A stretch of DNA of 64,000 nucleotides, from the NCBI GenBank assembly GCA_963750165.1, contig CAVVPN010000010.1, positions 32,001-96,000 of the forward strand. The letters run 5' to 3'. Below, piece by piece: positions 59,837-64,000 of the stretch. The position numbers and the translations under genes were made by a program. Numbering within the stretch: the stretch's first letter is position 1; each line of letters opens with the position of its first letter. Source of the stretch: an uncultured Gemmataceae bacterium (GTDB lineage Bacteria > Planctomycetota > Planctomycetia > Gemmatales > Gemmataceae). Below the pieces are notes generated by a model. That model saw only the letters and a program-made list of their open reading frames with translations, was not told the origin of the DNA and ran no database searches.

Positions 59837-60589
59837 TTACTGTTTCGCGGCGATGGTCTGCGCCAGCGGCCGCACCACCGCACTGATGATGTGGTTGTCC
59901 ACCAACTCCTGGCACAGCTGCCGCTGATGACGGTACGAATCCACGAAGGTCTTGAACGGCTGCCGGCCCCAGTATTGCCGCACCGTGAAATACACGCTGA
60001 TCGGCGCCTCCGGGAACTGGCCCGTTCGTATCTGGTAAGCGTTCGTGCGCGTCTCGATGCTCAGCCGGCACTGTAGCCGACAGGTGTCGTCCAGCGCCAG
60101 CATCAGTGACGGCTCGTAATTAATGACGCGGGTGCCCTGCAACTGGACCAGGTTCTCCAGCGTGGTGTTGACGCCCAGGGCCTCGGCGACCACCTCATCG
60201 TGGTTGCCGCTGAAGGCGAAGTCGAAGGCGAACAGCACGTCCAGCGCCTCGCAGTCCAGCGGGCTCAGGTCCAGGTGGTACGGAGCCAGTTCCAGCACCC
60301 GTTCGTGCTGCGTGTCGGCGGCTTCCAGGTTGGGCGGATTGACGTAGCCCGAACAAATGCGCCGCTGCTCCAGCGTCACCCAGCGGTAACTGCCCTGCTC
60401 GCGCTCCTCCTCCAAAACGTATTCGCCGTTGTCACGGCAGTCGAAGTCGGTCATTTGCGGAAAGGTTTTTTGCAGGCTATCGAAGAAGTGGAGCACCGTC
60501 TCGCGGCGGGAGGGGAGTTCCATTTTGGTGTTGGTGTAAACGTACACCCCGAAGTCGTCACACAGGGATGTGTAGGGGTTCATTTGCAT
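59837..60589 (-). CDS. Conserved hypothetical protein
   Basis: Strong codon bias; YTSLCDDF..RETVLHFF..SGYVNP..GNHDEVVAEAL. Confidence 0.88.
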   Translation of the reverse strand: MQMNPYTSLCDDFGVYVYTNTKMELPSRRETVLHFFDSLQKTFPQMTDFDCRDNGEYVLEEEREQGSYRWVTLEQRRICSGYVNPPNLEAADTQHERVLELAPYHLDLSPLDCEALDVLFAFDFAFSGNHDEVVAEALGVNTTLENLVQLQGTRVINYEPSLMLALDDTCRLQCRLSIETRTNAYQIRTGQFPEAPISVYFTVRQYWGRQPFKTFVDSYRHQRQLCQELVDNHIISAVVRPLAQTIAAKQ

Positions 60590-60928
60590 TTCCTCAGCGT
60601 CCGGGAAGATAAGACACCGACGCCCGTATTCCTCGCCAAACTCTTCTCATTGTTGGGTAATGGCGCCCCATTTGCAAGACCCACAGGCCCTTTTCCTTGC
60701 CGCCGCCGCAGCCGCCACCGCACACAACTGACACGGTGATCGTATTCCCACCGGGTAGCGGACAATGGACGCACGTTCATCATCTAAAAACGTAACCTTT
60801 TTGTGTGAATCGAGGTGCGTGTATGGGAAAAGACATGGGAGTGGCTGCCTCGGAGCCTTGCGGCGCGTTGCGGGCGGGGCAAGGCCCCGAGGTGCGTGCG
60901 ACAGGTCTGGCGCGAGAAGAGCGGAAAC

Positions 60929-61201
60929 TCAGGCGCTCTGGGCGACCTTGGCGTGAGTGGGCACGGTGAGCGTCGTCTGTTGCAGCCAGCGGCCGGCGTC
61001 AGGGGCACCGTGCCAGCGCTCCAGGCGGATGGAGCGGACGTGCTCGCGTTCCTCCTCGTCGAACAACTCGAAGTAGGCATCCGCGAAGCCAGCACGCACC
61101 TGTGTCGAGGACCGGCCGAGGTAAATGAGACGCTCCGGGCGGTCCTCGAACACGGCGATGGCCCGCCAACCCTGGGGCTTGGCTTCCGTCTGGTAAAACA
61201 T
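60929..61201 (-). CDS. Small conserved hypothetical protein
   Basis: GGAGG SD; MFYQTEAKPQGWRAIAVF...WHGAPDAGRW. Confidence 0.8.
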   Translation of the reverse strand: MFYQTEAKPQGWRAIAVFEDRPERLIYLGRSSTQVRAGFADAYFELFDEEEREHVRSIRLERWHGAPDAGRWLQQTTLTVPTHAKVAQSA

Positions 61202-61490
61202 GATTCGACCCTCCTTGGTCTAACGCGACGGTGAGAACGAAGCATAAGGTGCCTGAGATGGCTGTGCCAGTCAAGGGCAAGTCGTAACTTCCCGGATAGT
61301 GGGGGAGTTAGGCGGTTGTTGGCATCCGCTCAGTTGGCTGGTTTTGACGCCGCTACTCTTGATCGCCTATGGAGTATCGCCGAGCAAGATGCCGCCGCCG
61401 CGCTCAGCACGTGGGGCGGCAGTTGCCCCGATCGGCCGGCGGGCTAAGAATGTAGTGCCCGGCGTCGCTCCCGGTTTTCCGAGGTGTCGC

Positions 61491-62014
61491 ATGCAACCCC
61501 CGCCCCCCGCCCCCCCTGCCGTCCCTCCCGCCCGCGCAATCTCGCCGCGGCTCGACCTGCTGGGGCTGCTGGGTTTTGTGGCGTTGTGTGCCGCGGTCGC
61601 GGCGGGCGGCGGCTGGCTGACGGCGCTGAGCGTCAACGACTGGTACGCCGGCTTGAAGAAGCCGCCCTTCAACCCGACCGACGCAGCCTTCGGGCCGGTG
61701 TGGACGGTCCTGTTCGGCATGATGGCCCTGGCGGCGTGGCTGGTGTGGCGCAGCGCGGCTGGTCCGGCGCACGGGTGCCCCTGACGCTGTTCCTGGTGCA
61801 ACTGGCGCTCAACCTGGCCTGGTCGGCGTTGTTCTTCGGTCTGCGCGAGCCGGGGCTGGCGCTGCTGGAAATCCCGCTGCTCTGGCTGGCGATCTTCGCG
61901 ACGATGTGGACGTTCGAGCCGGTCAGCAAGCCGGCGGCGTATCTGCTGGGGCCGTACCTGTTGTGGGTGACGTTCGCGGGGGTGCTGACCTTCGCCATCT
62001 GGCAGATGAATTGA
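61491..62014 (+). CDS. tspO: TspO/MBR family protein, frameshift near 61770
   Basis: WYAGLKKPPFNP..FGPVWTVLF; QLALNLAWSALFFG; PYLLWVTFA. Confidence 0.9.
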
Positions 62015-62363
62015 TCACGCGGCCAACTTGTCGGTTTCGATGAGTTTGAGGCAAAGCGCGCATCACTTCCAGTTCACGCTGAAACTCACGCTGGGCCTGC
62101 TCTGCCGAAAGGGCGTCAAAAACGTCCGGAAGTTGGACGCCGTGGCTCATGAGGTGGTCGGCCGCTTTTTCGCGAAACCCCTTGCGGACCCACAGGCAGT
62201 TGTCCGCGTGGTAAAAGAGTTGAACCGCCTCCGTGGCTCCCAGTCTGCCGGTCGCCAGGGATTCAATGACCCCCAGGTTAAGAAAAGCAAAAATGGCAAG
62301 TTGTTGAGCGGTTTCACCACCGTCCTGGGGAAATAGCGTCTGGAAGTGAATGGCTGTTCTCAT
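62015..62363 (-). CDS. DUF3969-like putative immunity/antitoxin protein, frameshift near 62058
   Basis: LNLGVIESL..G..EAVQLFY...MSHGVQLPDV; ATGA overlap with the upstream ORF; lower GC. Confidence 0.6.
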
Positions 62364-62608
62364 GACTCGCCCTGGCTTGGGAAAAACTTGACATCCGCTA
62401 CCTGACCGGAAGCATGCTCGAAGTAATGCACGTCCCCGGTGTTGCCTTTTTTGATGACTTTCTGCCACTTTCCGGCCAGCAGTTAGCGCAAGACCTGGTG
62501 GACCGCGCGATTGCGGACAGGGTACTTGACGGCCCCTCCTTTGACGGGAACCCAGCCCTCCGGCACCGAGCCCGATGCGTAAACATCGGAGTACAGATTG
62601 AGGGGCAT
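62360..62608 (-). pseudogene. 82-codon toxin-like ORF with an internal TAA at codon 42
   Basis: GAGG SD; MPLNLYSD...VHQVLR*LLAGKWQKVIKKGNTGDVHYFEHASGQVADVKFF. Confidence 0.6.
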
Positions 62609-62655
62609 CCTTCCTCAGGGCTAAGATCCTGGGCCTGTGAGTAGCAGAGGATCAT

Positions 62656-64000
62656 TTATCCCCGGAACAGCTCGTCAATCGCCTCCGCTTCCGTGATCGG
62701 CAGCGGTCGGTTCTCCGGCCCCGGCAAGCGCGTGCCCAGTTCGACGCCGACGCCCTTGTACACCGTGGCGGCGATCTCCGCCGGGCTCACCGGCCGGTCG
62801 CGCGGTTCAGCGCCGGTGCGATCCGACGCGCCGACGACCTGACCACCGCGCACCCGCGCCCCGGCGAACAGCACCGACCAGACGCCCGGCCAGTGGTCGC
62901 GGCCGCCGCGGCCGTTGAGTTGCGGCGTGCGGCCGAACTCGCCCATCGCCACCACCAGCGTGGTGTCGAGCAGGCCGCGCTGCCGCAAATCCTCCAGCAG
63001 CGCCGTGTACGCCATGTCAAACATCGGGCACAGCGTCTCGCGGTAGTCGTTCAGGTTCACACCCAGCGAGCCGCCGTCGGCGTGGCAGTCCCAGGTGATG
63101 TCGTTGAACACCGTGTCGAACATGTTGACCGTCACGAAGCGAACGCCATGCTCGACCAGTCGCCGCGCCAGCAGGCAGGACTGGCCGAAGGTGTTGCGGC
63201 CGTAGCGAGCACGGAGCGTGTCATTTTCGGCGGCGATGTCGAAGGCCCGCCGGGCGTTCTGCGCGAAGATCAGGTTGAATGCCTGATCGTAGGCGTTGTC
63301 CCGGGCGCGGCTGTCCTCGGTGGCGTCGAAGGCGCGCTGGGCGTTGTCGATGGCTTCCAGCAATTCGCGGCGGCTGCGCATTCGGGCCGGGTCGATGCCG
63401 GCGGGAGCGTTGATGTCGGTGATGCGGAAGTCGGCCGCGTTGGGGTCGGCCCGCAGGATGAACGGTTCGTGGCGGGCCCCGAGGTAGCCGGCCCCCTGGC
63501 CGTGGCTGACGCTGACGCCGGTGTTGCCGATCGGACTCGGCAGCACCACATACGGCGGCAGTCCGCCGCGACCGGCGCCGCGCAGGTGCGAGATGGCGGC
63601 GCCATAGTGCGGGTACTCCTGGCCGCCACGGAACAGGTAGCCGGTCTGCATCATTTGATGGCCGGTTTCGTGGATCGGCGCGGCACGGTGGTGGACGCTG
63701 CGCACGATGGCGTAGCGGTCGGCCACGCGGCTCATCAGCGGGAAGTGCTCGCAAATCTGCACACCGGTGACGTTGGTCTGGATGGGCCGGAAGGGACCGC
63801 GGACGTTGTCGGGGGCGTTCGGCTTGAGATCCCAGGTGTCCAGGTGGCTCGGGGCGCCGACCAGGAAGAGGAGGATGCAGTTGATGTCGCTGCGGCTGCC
63901 GCCGGTGGCCCCGGCCTGGGCCAGCGACAGGCCGACGGCGCCGGCGCTGAGCGTGCCCACCCGCAGGAAATCACGGCGGCTCATGCCGTCGCAGAACCGC
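62656..64000 (-). CDS. DUF1501 domain protein, 5' end beyond the window
   Basis: FCDGMSRRDFL, APSHLDTWDLKP, CLLARRLVEHGVRFV, GEFGRTP and GRDHWP motifs. Confidence 0.93.
   Translation of the reverse strand, partial: RFCDGMSRRDFLRVGTLSAGAVGLSLAQAGATGGSRSDINCILLFLVGAPSHLDTWDLKPNAPDNVRGPFRPIQTNVTGVQICEHFPLMSRVADRYAIVRSVHHRAAPIHETGHQMMQTGYLFRGGQEYPHYGAAISHLRGAGRGGLPPYVVLPSPIGNTGVSVSHGQGAGYLGARHEPFILRADPNAADFRITDINAPAGIDPARMRSRRELLEAIDNAQRAFDATEDSRARDNAYDQAFNLIFAQNARRAFDIAAENDTLRARYGRNTFGQSCLLARRLVEHGVRFVTVNMFDTVFNDITWDCHADGGSLGVNLNDYRETLCPMFDMAYTALLEDLRQRGLLDTTLVVAMGEFGRTPQLNGRGGRDHWPGVWSVLFAGARVRGGQVVGASDRTGAEPRDRPVSPAEIAATVYKGVGVELGTRLPGPENRPLPITEAEAIDELFRG

Noticed and set aside
60848..60892. 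Hairpin CCTCGGAGCCTTGC...GCAAGGCCCCGAGG as an ncRNA or riboswitch
   Set aside because: No recognisable family motif; more simply a 3' stem-loop of the 60929-61201 gene
62398..62655. 85-aa ORF-track call
   Set aside because: A different frame (62608-62360), with an SD and an ATGA overlap, explains the region better

Overview
GC-rich bacterial DNA whose gene content points to Planctomycetota, probably Gemmataceae-like: DUF1501 x2, DUF1549/DUF1553, a membrane-anchored ECF sigma, zinc-ribbon proteins, LRR proteins and a DUF6800-like peptide. About 15 otherwise intact genes carry single-base frameshifts, most likely long-read assembly indels. Most of the window is ordinary chromosome: ubiX, ilvN, an RNase HII-like gene, HIT, HisA-like, a Ser/Thr kinase, three diheme cytochrome c enzymes, GntP, ABC transporters, TadE/TadG-like genes, an aminotransferase and TspO. 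The standout is a minus-strand array of 18 tRNA genes (56561-58125). None encodes CCA, all 18 are followed by CT (14 by CTG), and several are structurally atypical. Upstream lie an ECF-type promoter motif, a 33-aa leader ORF and an intrinsic terminator, which together resemble a ribosome-sensing attenuator. A second short ORF with a Shine-Dalgarno (SD) site lies inside the array. Other accessory features: a vapBC cassette bracketed by a duplicated gene 3' end, two small MITEs (one inactivating vapC, one inserted in frame), an IS701-family element inserted into the GTAG of a REP, at least six palindromic repeat families, and a nonsense-inactivated toxin-like/DUF3969-like gene pair. All family assignments come from motif recognition by eye, not from database searches.
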